Source of the DNA: Eledone cirrhosa
Taxonomy: Eukaryota
Assembly (NCBI GenBank): GCA_964016885.1
Contig: OZ024744.1
Location: 51,956,001 to 52,020,000 of the forward strand
Direction of reading: 5' to 3'
Length of the DNA stretch: 64,000 nucleotides
The translations under genes were made by a program, and so were the position numbers. This document shows positions 15,001 through 30,000 of this stretch, in pieces. Each line of letters opens with the position of its first letter. Within the stretch, counting starts at the first letter, position 1. Below the pieces are notes generated by a model. The model searched no databases. It was not told the origin of the DNA and was given only the letters and a program-made list of their open reading frames with translations.

Positions 15001-18000
15001 TAGACAAAGCGATAGCCATGATCTGGTAGATGTCAGGGTTTGGATAAAGAGACAGCCCTGATCTGGTAGATGTTAGTATTTACATAAAGAGATGGCCATG
15101 ATCTGGTAGATGTTTCGGTTTAGATAAAGAGATAGCCATGTTCTGGTAGATGTTAGGGCTTAGACAAAGAGATAGCCATGATCTGGTAGATGTTACCAGT
15201 TTAGATAAAGAGAGAGCCATAATCTGGTAGACGTTAGTGTGGAGACACAGAGATAACCATGATCTGGTAGATGTTACCTGTTTAGATATAGGAAAGCCAA
15301 TGATCAGGTAGATGTTACCCTTTTAGATAAAGAGATAGCCATGATCTGGTAGATGTTACCTGTTTAGATAAAGAGAGAGCCATGATCTGGTAGATGAAAG
15401 TGTTTAGATAAAGAGATAGCCATGATCTGGTAGATGTAACCAGTTTAGATAAAGAGAGAGGCATGATCTGGTAGATGTTACCAGTTTAGATAAAGAGAGA
15501 GCCATGATCTGGTAGATGCTAGTGTTTAGATAAAGATATAGCCATGATCTGGTAGATGTTACCTGTTTAGATATAGGAAAGCCAATGATCAGGTAGATGT
15601 TACCAGTTTAGATAAAGAGAGAGCCATGATCTGGTAGATGCTAGTGTTTAGATAATGAGATAGCCATGATCTGGTAGATGTTACCAGTTTAGATAAAGAG
15701 AGAGCCATGATCTGATAGATATTCGGGTTTAGATAAAGAGATAGCCATGATCTGGTAGATGTACTAGTTTAGATAAAGAGATAGCCATGATCTGGTAGAT
15801 GTTAGGGTTTAGATAAAGCGATAGCCATGTCTGGTAGATGTTACCAGTTTAGATAAAGCGATAGCCATGACCTGGTAGATATAACCAGTTTAGATAAAGA
15901 GATAGGCATGATCTGGTAGATGTTATGGTTTAGATATAGAGATAGCCATGATATGGTAGATGTTAGGGTTTAGATAAAGAGATAGCCATGATATGCTATA
16001 CGTTAAGGTGCAGACAAAGAGATAGCCATGATCTGGTAGATGTTACCTGTTTAGATATAGAGAGAGCCATTATTAGATAGATGTTACCAGATTAGATAAA
16101 GAGAGAGCCCTGATCCGGTAGATGCTAGGGTTTAGATAAAGAGATAGCCCTGATCTGGTAGATGTTACCAGTTTAGATAAAGAGATAGCCATGATCTGGT
16201 AGATGTTATGGTTTAGACAAAGAGATAGCCATGATCTGGTAGATGTTAGGGTTTAGATAAAGAGATAGCCATGATCTTGTAGACGTTTCGGTTTAGATAA
16301 AATGATAGCCATGATATGGTAGATGTTACCAGTTTAGATAAAGAGATAGCCATGATCTGGTAGACGTTAGTGTCGAGACACAGAGATAACCATGATCTGG
16401 TAGATGTTACCTGTTTAGATATAGGAAAGCCAATGATAAGGTAGATGTTACCAGTTTAGATAAAGAGAGAGCCATGAGCAGGTAGATGCTAGGGTTTAGA
16501 TAAAGAGATAGCCATGATCTGGTAGATCTTACCATTTTAGATAAAGTGAGAGCCATGATCTGGTAGATGCTAATGTTTAGATAAAGAGATAGCCATGATC
16601 TGGTACATGTTACCAGTTTAGATAAAGAGAGAGCCATGATCTGGTAGATGCTAATGTTTAGATAAAGAGATAACCATGACCTGGTAGATGTTACCAGTCT
16701 AGATAAAGAGATAGCCATGATCTGGTAGATGTTAGGGTTTAGATAAAGAGATAGCCATGATCTGGTAGATGTTACCAGTTTAGATAAAGAGATAGCCATG
16801 ATCTGGTAGATGTTACCAGTTTAGATAAAGTGTTAGCCATGATCTGGTAGATGTTAGGGTTTATATAAAGCGATAGCCATGATCTGGTAGATGTTAGGGT
16901 TTAGATAAAGAGATAGGCCTGATCTGGTAGATGTTATCGGTTTAGATAAAGAGATAGCCATGATCTGGTAGATGTTAATATTTACATAAAGAGATAGCCA
17001 TGATCTGGTAGATGTTAGTGTTTAGATAAAGAGATAGCCATGATCTGGTAGATGTTTGTGTTTAGATAAAGAGATAGCCATGATCTGGTAGATGTTAGGG
17101 TTTAGATAAAGAGATAGCCATGATCTGGTAGATGTTAGTGTTTAGACAAAAATATAGCCATGTCTGGTACATGTTGTCGGTTTAGATAAAGAGATAGCCA
17201 TGATCTGGTAGATGTTAGTGTTTAGATAAAGAGATAGCCATTGTCTGGTAGATGTTAGGGTTTAGATAAAGAGATAGAAATGATCTGGTAGATGTCAGAG
17301 TTTAGACAGAGAGATAGCCATGATCGAGTAGATATTTCCAGTTTAGATAAAGAATGGGCCATGATCTGGTAGATGTTCGGGTTTAGATAAAGAGATAGCC
17401 ATGATGTGGCAGATGTTAGGGTTTAGATAAAGAGATAGCCATGATCACGTAGATGTTAGGGTGTAGACAATTAGATAGCCATGATCTGGTAGATGTTACC
17501 TGTTTAGATATAGAGAGAGCCATGATCTGGTAGATGTTGTCAGTTTAGATAAAGTGATAGCCATGATTTGGTAGATGTTACCTGTTTAGATATAGAGAGA
17601 GCCATTATTAGGTAGATGTTACCAGACTAGATAAAGAGAGAGCCATGATCCGGTAGATGCTAGGGTTTAGATAAAGAGATAACCCTGATCTGGTAGATGT
17701 TACCAGTTTAGATAAAGTGAGAGCCATGATCTGGCAGATGTTACCACTTTAGATGAAAAGATAGCCAAGATCTGGTAGATGTTACGGTTTAGACAAAGAG
17801 ATAGCCCTGATCTGGTAGATGTTAGGGTTTAGATAAAGAGATAGCCATGATCTGGTAGACGTTTCGGTTTAGATAAAGAGATAGCCATGATCTGGTAGAT
17901 GTTACCAGTTTAGATAAAGAGAAAGCCACGATCTGGTAGACGTTAGTGTGGAGACACAGAGATAACCATGATCTGGTAGATGTTACCTGTTTAGATATAG

Positions 18001-21000
18001 GAAAGCCAATGATCAGGTAGATGTTATCAGTTTAGATAAAGAGAGAGGAAAGAGCAGGTAGATCTTAACATTTTAGATAAAGATAGAGCTATGACTTGGT
18101 AGATGCTAGTGTTTAGATAAAGCGATAGCCATGATCTGGTAGACGTTAGGGTGTAGACAAAGAGATAGCCATGATCTGGTAGATGTTGTCAGTTTAGATA
18201 AAGAGATAGCCATGATCTGGTAGATGTTACCAGTCTAGATAAAGAGATAGCCATGATCGAGTTGGTATTACCAGTTTAGATAAAGAGTTTGCCATGACCT
18301 GGGAGATGTTCGGGTTTAGATAAAGAGATAGCCATGATCTGGCAGATGTTAGGGGTTAGATAAAGAGATAGCCATGATCTCGTAGATGTTAGCGTGTAGA
18401 CAATTAGATAGCCCTGATCTGGTAGATGTTACCTGTTTAGATATAGAGAGAGCCATGATCTGGTAGATGTTTCCATTTTAGATAAAGAGATAGCCATGAT
18501 CTGGTAGATGTTGTCAGTTTAGATAAAGAGATAGCCATGATCAGGTAGATGTTTCCATTTTAGATAAAGAGATAGCCATGATCTGGTAGATGTTGTCAGT
18601 CTAGATAAAGTGATAGCCATGATCTGGTAGATGTTACCAGTTTAGATAAAGAGAGAGCCATGATCTGGTAGATGTTAATGTTTAGATAAAGAGATAGCAA
18701 TGATCTGGTAGATCTTATCAGTATAGATAAAGAGAGAGCCATGATCTGGTAGACGTTAAGGTGGAGACACAGAGATAACCATGATCTGGTAGATGTTACC
18801 TGTTTAGATATAGGAGAGCCATGAGCAGGTAGATGCTAGGGTTTAGATATAGAGAGAGCCATGATCTGGTAGATGCTAGTGTTTAGATAAAGGAATAGCC
18901 CTGATCTGGTAGATGTTAGGGTTTAGATAAAGAGGTAGCCATGATCTGGTAGATATTAGGGTTTAGACAAAGAGATAGCCATGATCTGGTAGATATTACC
19001 GGTTTAGATAGAGAGTGGGACATGATCTGGTAGATGTTCGGGTTTAGATAAAGAGAGAGCCATAATCGGGTAGATGCTAGTGTTTAGATAAAGAGATATC
19101 CATGATCTGGTAGATGTTAGGGTTTAGATAAAGAGATAGCCATGATCTGGTATATATTAGGGTTTAGACAAAGAGATAGCCATGATCTGGTAGATATTAC
19201 CAGTTTAGATAGAGAGTGGGACATGATCTGGTAGATGTTCGGGATTAGATGATGAGATAGCCATGATATGGTAGATGTAAGGGTTTAGATAAAGAGGTAG
19301 CCATGATCTGGTAGACGTTAGGGTGTAGACAAAGAGATAGCCATGTTCTGGTAGATGTTACCTGTTTAGATGTAGAGAGGGCCATGATCAGGTAGATGCT
19401 AGGTTTTAGATAAAGAGATAGCCCTGATCTGGTAGATGTTAGGGTTTAGATAAAGAGATAGCCATGAGCTGGTAGATGTTAGGGTTTAGATAAAGAGATA
19501 GCCATGATCTGGTAGATGTTAGTGTTTAGACAAAGAGATAGCCATGTCTGGTAGATGTTGTCAGTTTTGATAAAGAGATAGCAATGATCTGGTAGATGCT
19601 AGGGTTTAGATAAAGAGATAGCCATGATCTAGTACATGTTTGGGTTTAGATAAAGAGATAGCCATAATCTGGTAGATGTTTCGGATTAGATAAAAAGATA
19701 GCCATGATCTGGTAGACGTTAGGGTGGATACACAGAGATAACCATGATCTGGTAGATGTTACCTGTTTAGATATAGGAGAGCCATCATCAGGTAGATGTT
19801 ACCAGTTTAGATAAAGAGAGCGACATCATCAGGTAGATGTTACCATTTTAGATAAATGGGGAGCCATAATCTGATAGATGCTAGTGTTTAAATAAAGAGA
19901 TAGCCATGCTCTTGTAGATGTTACTAGTTTAGAAAAAGAGATAGCCATGATCTGGTAGATGTTAGGGTTTAGATAAAGATCTAGCCACGATCCGGTAGAT
20001 GTTATCACTTTAGATAAAGAGATAGCCATGATCTGGTAGATGTTGTCACTTTAGATAAAGAGATAGCCATGATCTGGTAGATGTTGTCAGTTTAGATAAA
20101 GGGATAGCCATGAACTGGTAGATATTAGGGTTTAGACAAAGAGATAGCCACGATCTGGTAGATATTACCAGTTTAGATAAAGAGAGAGCCATGATCTGGT
20201 AGATATTCGGTTTTAGATAAAGAGAAGGCCATGAGCAGGTAGATGCTAGGGTTTAGATAAAGAGATAGCCATGATCTGGTAGGTCTTACCATTTTAGATA
20301 AAGAGAGAGCCATGATCTGGTAGATGCTAGTGTTTAGATAAAGAGATAGCCATGATCTGGTAGATGTTACCAGTTTAGATAAAGAGAGAGCCATGAACTG
20401 GTAGATGCTAGTGTTTAGATAAAGAGATAGCCATGATCTGGTAGATGTTACCTGTTTAGATATAGAGAGAGCCATTATTAGGTAGATGTTACCAGATTAG
20501 ATAAAGAGAGAGCCATGATCCGGTAGATGCTAGGGTTTAGATAAAAAGATAGCCCTGATCTGGTAGACGTTAGGGTGTAGACAAAGTGAGAGCCATGATC
20601 TGGCAGATGTTACCACTTTAGATAAAGAGATAGCCATGATCTGGTAGATGTTACAGTTTAGACAAAGAGATAGCCACGATCTGGTAGATGTTAGGGTTTA
20701 GACAAAGAGAGAGCCATGATCTGGTAGATGCTAGTGTTTAGATAAAGAGATAGCCATGATCTGGTAGATGTTACCAGTTTAGATAAAGAGAGAGCCATGA
20801 GCAGGTAGATGCTAGGGTTTAGATAAAGAGATAGCCATGATCTGGTAGAGCTTACCATTTTAGATAAAGAGATAGCCATGATCTGGTAGATGTTACCAGT
20901 TTAGATAAAGAGAGAGCCATGAGCAGGTAGATGTTAGGGTGTAGACAAAGAGATAACCATGATCCGGTAGATGTTGTCAGTTTAGATAAAGAGATAGCCA

Positions 21001-24000
21001 TGATCTGGTAGATGTTACCAGTTTAGATAAAGAGAGAGCCATGATCTGGTAGATGTTAGGGTGTAGACAAAGAGATATCCATGATCCGGTAGATGTTGTC
21101 AGTTTAGATAAAGAGATAGCCATGATCTCGTAGATGTTGTCAGTTTAGATAAAGAGATAGCCATGATCTGGTAGATGTTGTGAGTTTAGATAAAGGGATA
21201 GACATGATCTGGTAGATGCTAACGTTTAGATAAAGAGATAACCATGATCTGGTAGATGTTGTCACTTTAGATAAAGAGATAGCCATGATCTGGTAGACCT
21301 TTCGGTTTAGATAAAGATATAGCCATGATCTGGTAGACGTTACCTGTTTAGATATAGGAAAGCCAATGATCAGGTAGATGTTACCAGTTTAGATAAAGAG
21401 AGAGCCATGAGCAGGTAGATGCTAGGGTTTAGATAAAGAGATAGCCATGATCAGGTAGATGCTAGTGTTTAGATAATGAGATAGCCATGATCTGGTAGAT
21501 GTTACCAGTTTAGATAAAGAGAGAGCCATGATCTGGTAGATGTTACCAGTTTAGATAAAGAGAGAGCCATGATCTGGTAGATGCTAGGCTTTAGATAAAG
21601 AGATAGCCATGATCTGGTAGATCTTACCATTTTAGATAAAGAGAGAGCCATGATCTGGTAGATGTTAGGGTTTAGTTAAAGAGATAGCCATGATCTGGTA
21701 GATGTTACCAGTTTAGATAAAGGGATAGCCATGATCTGGTAGATATTAGGGTTTAGACAAAGAGATAGCCATGATCTGGTAGATGTTACCGGTTTAGATA
21801 GAAAGTGGGCCATGATCTGGTAGATGTTAGGGTTTAGATAAAGTGATAGCCATGATCTGGTAGACGTTAGGGTGTAGAAGAAGAGATAGCCATGATCTGG
21901 TAGATGTTACCTGTTTAGATATAGACAGAGCCATGATCAGGTAGATGCTAGGGTTTAGATAAAGAGATAGCCTGATCTGGTAGATATTACCAGTTTAGAT
22001 AAATTGAGAGCCATGATCTGGTAGATGTTACGGTTTAGATAAAGAGATAGCCGTGATCTGGTAGATGTTAGGGTTTCGATAAAGAGATAGCCATGATCTG
22101 GTAGATGTTAGGGTTTAGATAGAGAGATAGCAATGAATCTGGTAGATGTTCGGGTTTAGATAAAGAGATAGCCATGATCTGGTAGATGTTAGGGCTTAGA
22201 CAAAGAGATGGCCATGATCTGGTAGATCTTACCAGTATAGATAAAGAGAGAGCCATGATCTGGTAGATGTTAGGGTTTAGATAAAGAGATAGCAATGAAT
22301 CTGGTAGATGTTCGGGTTTAGATAAAGAGATAGCCATGATCTGGTAGATGTTAGGGCTTAGACAAAGAGATGGCCATGATCTGGTAGATCTTACCAGTAT
22401 AGATAAAGAGAGAGCCATGATCTGGTAGACGTTAAGGTGGAGACACAGAGATAACCATGATCGGGTAGATGTTACCTGTTTAGATATAGGAGAGCCATGA
22501 ACAGGTAGATGATAGGGTTTAGATATAGAGAGAGAGCCATGATCTGGTAGATGCTAGTGTTTAGATAAAGGAATAGCCCTGCTCTGGTAGATGTTAGGGT
22601 TTAGATAAAGAGGTAGCCATGATCTGGTAGATATTAGGGTTTAGACAAAGAGATAGCCATGATCTGGTAGATATTACCAGTTTAGATAGAGAGTGAGCCA
22701 TGATCTGGTAGATGTTCGGGTTTAGATAAAGAGAGAGCCATGATCGGGTAGATGCTAGTGTTTAGATAAAGAGATATCCATGATCTGGTAGATATTAGGG
22801 TTTAGACAAAGAAATAGCCATGATCTGGTAGATATTACCATTTTAGAATAAGAGTGGGCCATGATCTGGTAGATGTTCGGGTTTAGATAAAGAGAGAGCC
22901 ATGATCGGGTAGATGCTAGTGTTTAGATAAAGAGATAGCCATGATCTGGTAGATATTAGGGTTTAGACAAAGAAATAGCCATGATCTGGTAGATATTACC
23001 ATTTTAGAATAAGAGTGGGCCATGATCTGGTAGATGATCGGGTTTAGATAAAGAGATAGCCATGATCTGGTAGATGTTAGGGTGTAGACAAAGAGATAGC
23101 CATGATCTGGTAGATGTTACCTGTTTAGATATAGACAGAGCCATGATCAGCTAGATGTTACCAGCTTAGATAAAGGGAGAGCCGTGATCCGGTAGATGCT
23201 AGGGTTTAGATAAAGAGATACCCATGCTCTGGTAGATGTTAGTGTTTAGACAAAGAGATAGCCATGTCTGGTAGATGTTGTCAGTCTTGACAAAGAGATA
23301 GCCATGATCTGGTAGATGTTAGGGTTTAGATAAAGAGATAGCCATGATCTGGTAGATGTTTGGGTTTAGATAAAGAGATAGCCAGGACCTGGTAGATGCT
23401 AGGGCTTAGACAAAGTGATAGCCATGATCTGGTAGATAATACAAGTTTAGATAAAGAGTGGACCATGATCGGGTAGATGTACGGGTTTAGATAATGAGAT
23501 AGCCATGATCTGGTAGATGTTAGGGTTTAGATAAAGATCTAGCCATGTCTGTTAGATGTTGCCAGTTTAGATAAAGGGATAGCCATGATCTGGTAGATGT
23601 TAAGGTTTAGATAAAAAGATAGCCATGATCTGGTAGACGTTAGGGTGTAGACAAAGAGATAGCCATGATCTGGTAGACGTTAGGGTGTAGACAAAGAGAT
23701 AGCCATGATCTGGTAGATGTTACCTGTTTAGATATAGACAGAGCCATGATCAAGTAGATGTTACCAGATTAGATAAAGAGAGAGCCATGATCCGGTAGAT
23801 GCTAGTGTTTAGATAAAGAGATAGCCATGATCTGGTAGATGTTGTGAGTTTAGACAAAGAGATAGCCATGATCTGGTAGAGGTTGTCAGCTTAGATATAG
23901 AGATAGCCATGATCTGGTAGACGTTAGGGTGTAGACAAAGAGATAGCCATGATCTGGTAGATGTTAGGGTGTAGACAAAGAGATAGCCATGATCTGGTAG

Positions 24001-27000
24001 ACGTTAGGGTGCAGATAAAGAGATAGCCATGATCTGGTAGAGGTTGTCAGTTTAGATAAAGAGATAGCATGATCTGGTAGATGTTTGGGTTTAGATAATG
24101 AGATAGCCATGATCTGGTAGATGTTTGGGTTTAGATAAAGAGATAGCCATGATCTGGTAGACGTTAGGGTGTAGACAAAGAGATAGCCATAATCTGGTGG
24201 ACGTTAGGGTGTAGAGAAAGAGATAGCCATTATCTGGTGGACGTTAGGGTGTAGACAAAGAGATAGCCATGATCTGGTAGACGTTAGGGTGTAGAAAAAG
24301 AGATAGCCATGACCTGGTGGACGTTAGGGTCTAGATAAAGAGATAGCCATGATCTGGTAGACGTTAGGGTGTAGACAAAGAGATAGCCATGATCTGGTAG
24401 ACGTTAGGGTGTAGATAAAGAGATAGCCATGATCTGGTAGACGTTAGGGTGTAGATAAAGAGATAGCCATTATCTGGTGGACGTTAGGGTGTAGACAAAG
24501 AGATAGCCATAATCTGGTGGACGTTAGGGTGTAGACAAAGAGGTGGTAAATTTTAGGGTTTAGATAAAGAGATAGCCATGATCCGGTAGATGCTAGGGTT
24601 TAGATAAAGAGATATCCATGATCTGGTAGATGTTACTAGTCTAGATAAAGAGATAGCCATGATCTGGTAGAAGTTAGGGTTTAGATAAAGATGTAGCCAT
24701 GTCTGGTAGATGTTGTGAGTTTAGATAAAGAGATAGCCATCATCTGGTAGATGTTGTAAGTTTAGATAAAGAGATAGCCATAATCTGGTAGATGTTGTCA
24801 GTTTAGATAAAGGGATAGCCATGATCTGGTAGATGCTAGGGTTTAGATAAAGAGATAACCATGATCTGGTAGATATTAGGGTTTAGACAAAGAAATAGCC
24901 ATGATCTGGTAGATATTACCATTTTAGAATAAGAGTGGGCCATGATCTGGCAGATGATCGGGTTTAGATAAAGAGATAGCCATGATCTGGTAGATGTTAG
25001 GGTGTAGACAAAGAGATAGCCATGATCTGGTAGATGTTAGGGTTTAGATAAAGATGTAGCCATGTCTGGTAGATGTTGTGAGTTTAGATAAAGAGATAGC
25101 CATCATCTGGTAGATGTTGTCAGTTGAGATAAAGAGATAGCCATAATCTGGTAGATGTTACCAGCTTAGATAAAGGGAGAGCCGTGATCCGGTAGATGCT
25201 AGGGTTTAGATAATGAGATAGCCGTGATCTGGTATATGTTAGGGTTTAGATAAAGAGACAGCCATGATCTGGTAGATGTTAGTGTTTAGACAAAGAGATA
25301 GCCATTTCTGGTAGATGTTGTCAGTTTTGACAAAGAGATAGCCATGATCTGGTAGAGGTTGTCAGTTTAGACAAAGAGATAGCCATGATCCGGTAGATGT
25401 CGTCAGATTAGATAAAGAGATAGCATGATCTGGTAGATGTTTGGGTTTAGATAAAGAGATAGCCAGGATCTGGTAGATGTTAGGCCTTAGATAAAGAGAT
25501 AGCCATGATCTGGTAGATAATACAAGTTTAGATAAAGAGTGGACCATGATCGGGTAGATGTACGGGTTTAGATAATGAGATAGCCATGATCTGGTAGATG
25601 TTAGGGTTTAGATAAAGATCTAGCCATGTCTGTTAGATGTTGTCAGTTTAGATAAAGGGATAGCCATGATCTGGTAGATGTTAAGGTTTAGATAAAAAGA
25701 TAGCCATGATCTGGTAGACGTTAGGGTGTAGACAAAGAGATAGCCATGATCTGGTAGACGTTAGGGTGTAGACAAAGAGATAGCCATGATCTGGTAGATG
25801 TTACCTGTTTAGATATAGACAGAGCCATGATCAAGTAGATGTTACCAGATTAGATAAAGAGAGAGCCATGATCCGGTAGATGCTAGTGTTTAGATAAAGA
25901 GATAGACATGATCTGGTAGATGTTGTGAGTTTAGACAAAGAGATAGCCATGATCTGGTAGAGGTTGTCAGCTTAGATATAGAGATAGCCATGATCTGGTA
26001 GACGTTAGGGTGTAGACAAAGAGATAGCCATGATCTGGTAGACGTTAGGGTGCAGATAAAGAGATAGCCATGATCTGGTAGAGGTTGTCAGTTTAGATAA
26101 AGAGATAGCATGATCTGGTAGATGTTTGGGTTTAGATAATGAGATAGCCATGATCTGGTAGATGTTTGGGTTTAGATAAAGAGATAGCCATGATCTGGTA
26201 GACGTTAGGGTGTAGACAAAGAGATAGCCATAATCTGGTGGACGTTAGGGTGTAGAGAAAGAGATAGCCATTATCTGGTGGACGTTAGGGTGTAGACAAA
26301 GAGATAGCCATGATCTGGTAGACGTTACGGTGTAGAAAAAGAGATAGCCATGACCTGGTGGACGTTACGGTCTAGATAAAGAGATAGCCATGATCTGGTA
26401 GACGTTAGGGTGTAGACAAAGAGATAGCCATGATCTGGTAGACGTTAGGGTGGAGATAAAGAGATAGCCATGATCTGGTAGACGTTAGGGTGTAGATAAA
26501 GAGATAGCCATTATCTGGTGGACGTTAGGGTGTAGACAAAGAGATAGCCATAATCTGGTGGACGTTAGGGTGTAGACAAAGAGGTGGTAAATTTTAGGGT
26601 TTAGATAAAGAGATAGCCATGATCCGGTAGATGCTAGGGTTTAGATAAAGAGATATCCATGATCTGGTAGATGTTACTAGTCTAGATAAAGAGATAGCCA
26701 TGATCTGGTAGAAGTTAGGGTTTAGATAAAGATGTAGCCATGTCTGGTAGATGTTGTGAGTTTAGATAAAGAGATAGCCATCATCTGGTAGATGTTGTAA
26801 GTTTAGATAAAGAGATAGCCATAATCTGGTAGATGTTGTCAGTTTAGATAAAGGGATAGCCATGATCTGGTAGACGTTAGGGTGTAGATAAAGAGATAGC
26901 CATGATCTGGTAGACGTTAGGGTGTAGATAAAGAGATAGCCATTATCTGGTGGACGTTAGGGTGTAGACAAAGAGATAGCCATAATCTGGTGGACGTTAG

Positions 27001-30000
27001 GGTGTAGACAAAGAGGTGGTAAATTTTAGGGTTTAGATAAAGAGATAGCCATGATCCGGTAGATGCTAGGGTTTAGATAAAGAGATATCCATGATCTGGT
27101 AGATGTTACTAGTCTAGATAAAGAGATAGCCATGATCTGGTAGAAGTTAGGGTTTAGATAAAGATGTAGCCATGTCTGGTAGATGTTGTGAGTTTAGATA
27201 AAGAGATAGCCATCATCTGGTAGATGTTGTAAGTTTAGATAAAGAGATAGCCATAATCTGGTAGATGTTGTCAGTTTAGATAAAGGGATAGCCATGATCT
27301 GGTAGATGCTAGGGTTTAGATAAAGAGATAACCATGATCTGGTAGATATTAGGGTTTAGACAAAGAAATAGCCATGATCTGGTAGATATTACCATTTTAG
27401 AATAAGAGTGGGCCATGATCTGGCAGATGATCGGGTTTAGATAAAGAGATAGCCATGATCTGGTAGATGTTAGGGTGTAGACAAAGAGATAGCCATGATC
27501 TGGTAGATGTTAGGGTTTAGATAAAGATGTAGCCATGTCTGGTAGATGTTGTGAGTTTAGATAAAGAGATAGCCATCATCTGGTAGATGTTGTCAGTTGA
27601 GATAAAGAGATAGCCATAATCTGGTAGATGTTACCAGCTTAGATAAAGGGAGAGCCGTGATCCGGTAGATGCTAGGGTTTAGATAATGAGATAGCCGTGA
27701 TCTGGTAGATGTTAGGGTTTAGATAAAGAGACAACCATGATCTGGTAGATGTTAGTGTTTAGACAAAGAGATAGCCATTTCTGGTAGATGTTGTCAGTTT
27801 TGACAAAGAGATAGCCATGATCTGGTAGAGGTTGTCAGTTTAGATAAAGAGATAGCCATGATCCGGTAGATGTCGTCAGATTAGATAAAGAGATAGCATG
27901 ATCTGGTAGATGTTTGGGTTTAGATAAAGAGATAGCCAGGATCTGGTAGATGTTAGGCCTTAGATAAAGAGATAGCCATGATCTGGTAGATAATACAAGT
28001 TTAGATAAAGAGTGGACCATGATCGGGTAGGTGTACGGGTTTAGATAATGAGATAGCCATGATCTGGTAGATGTTAGGGTTTAGATAAAGATCTAGCCAT
28101 GTCTGGTAGATGTTACCAGTTTAGATAAAGAGATAGCCATGATCTGTTAGATGTTGTCAGTTTAGATAAAGGGATAGCCATGATCTGGTAGATGTTAGGG
28201 TTTAGATAAAAAGATAGCCATGATCTGGTAGACGTTAGCGTGTAGACAAAGAGATAGCCATGATCTGGTAGACGTTAGCGTGTAGACAAAGAGATAGCCA
28301 TGATCTGGTAGACGTTAGCGTGTAGACAAAGAGATAGCCATGATCCGGTAGATGCTAGGGTTTAGATAAAGAGATGGCCATGATCTGGTAGATGTTATTA
28401 GTCTAGATAAAGAGATAGCCATGATCTGGCAGATGTTAGGGTTTAGATAAAGATGTAGCCATGTCTGGTAGATGTTGTGAGTTTAGATAAAGAGATAGCC
28501 ATCATCTGGTAGATGTTGTCAGTTTAGATAAAGAGATAGCCATAATCTGGTAGATGTTGTCAGTTTATATAAAGGGCTAGCCATGATCTGGTAGATGCCA
28601 GGGTTTAGATAAAGAGATAACCATGATCTGGTAGATATTACCAGTTTAGAATAAGATTGGCCCATGATCTGGTAGATGATCGGGTTTAGATAAATTGATA
28701 GCCATGATCTTGTAGATATTAGGGTGTAGACAAAGAGATAGCCATGATCTGGGAGATGTTACATGTTCAGATATAGACAGAGCCATGATAGGTAGATGTT
28801 ACGAGCTTAGATAAAGAGAAAGCAATGATCTGGTAGATGTTAGGGTTTAGATAAAGAGATAGCTATGATCTGGTAGATGTTAGTGTTTAGACAAAGAGAT
28901 AGCCATGTCTGGTAGATGTTGTCAGTTTTGATAAAGAGATAGCAATGATCTGGTAGATGTTAGTGTTTAGATAAAGAGATAGCCATGATCTGGTAGATGT
29001 TTGGGTTTAGATAAAGAGATAACCATGATCTGGTAGATGTTAGGGATTAGATAAAAGGGTAGCCATGATCTGGTAGACGTTATGGTGGAGACACAGAGAT
29101 AACCATGATCTGGTAGATGTTACCTGTTTAGATATACGAGAGCCATGATCAGGTAGATGTTACCAGTTTAGATAAAGAGGGAGCCATGATCAGGTAGTTG
29201 CAAGGGTTTAGATAAAGAGATAGCCTTGATCTGGTAGATGTTACCGTTTTAGATAAAGAGGGAGCCATGATCTGGTAGATGTTAACAGTTTCGATAAAGA
29301 GATAGCCGTGATCTGGTAGATGTTAGGGTTTAGATAAAGAGATAACCATGATCTGGTAGATGTTAGGGTCTAGATAAAGATCTAGCCCTGATATGGTAGA
29401 TGTTACCAGTTAAGATAAAGAGTGGGCCATGATCTGGTAGATGTTCGGGTTTAGATAAAGAGATAGCCATGATTTGGTAGATGTTAGGGTTTAGATAAAG
29501 AGATAGCCATGATCTGGTGGACGTTAGGGTGTAGACAAAGAGATAGCCATGATGTGGTAGACGTTAGCCTGTAGACAAAGAGATAGCCATGATCTGGTAG
29601 ACGTTAGGGTGTAGACAAAGAGATAGCCATGATGTGGTAGACGTTAGCCTGTAGACAAAGAGATAGCCATGATCTGGTGGACGTTAGGGTGTAGACAAAG
29701 AGATAGCCATGATGTGGTAGACGTTAGGGTGTAGACAAAGAGATAGCCATAATCTGGTGGACGTTAGGGTGTAGAGAAAGAGATAGCCATTATCTGGTGG
29801 ACGTTAGGGTGTAGACAAAGAGATAGCCATGATGTGGTAGACGTTAGGGTGTAGAGAAAGAGATAGCCATTATCTGGTGGACGTTAGGGTGTAGACAAAG
29901 AGATAGCCATTATCTGGTGGACGTTAGGGTGTAGATAAAGAGATAGCCATGATCTGGTAGAGGTAGTTAGTTTAGATAAAGAGATAGCATGATCTGGTAG

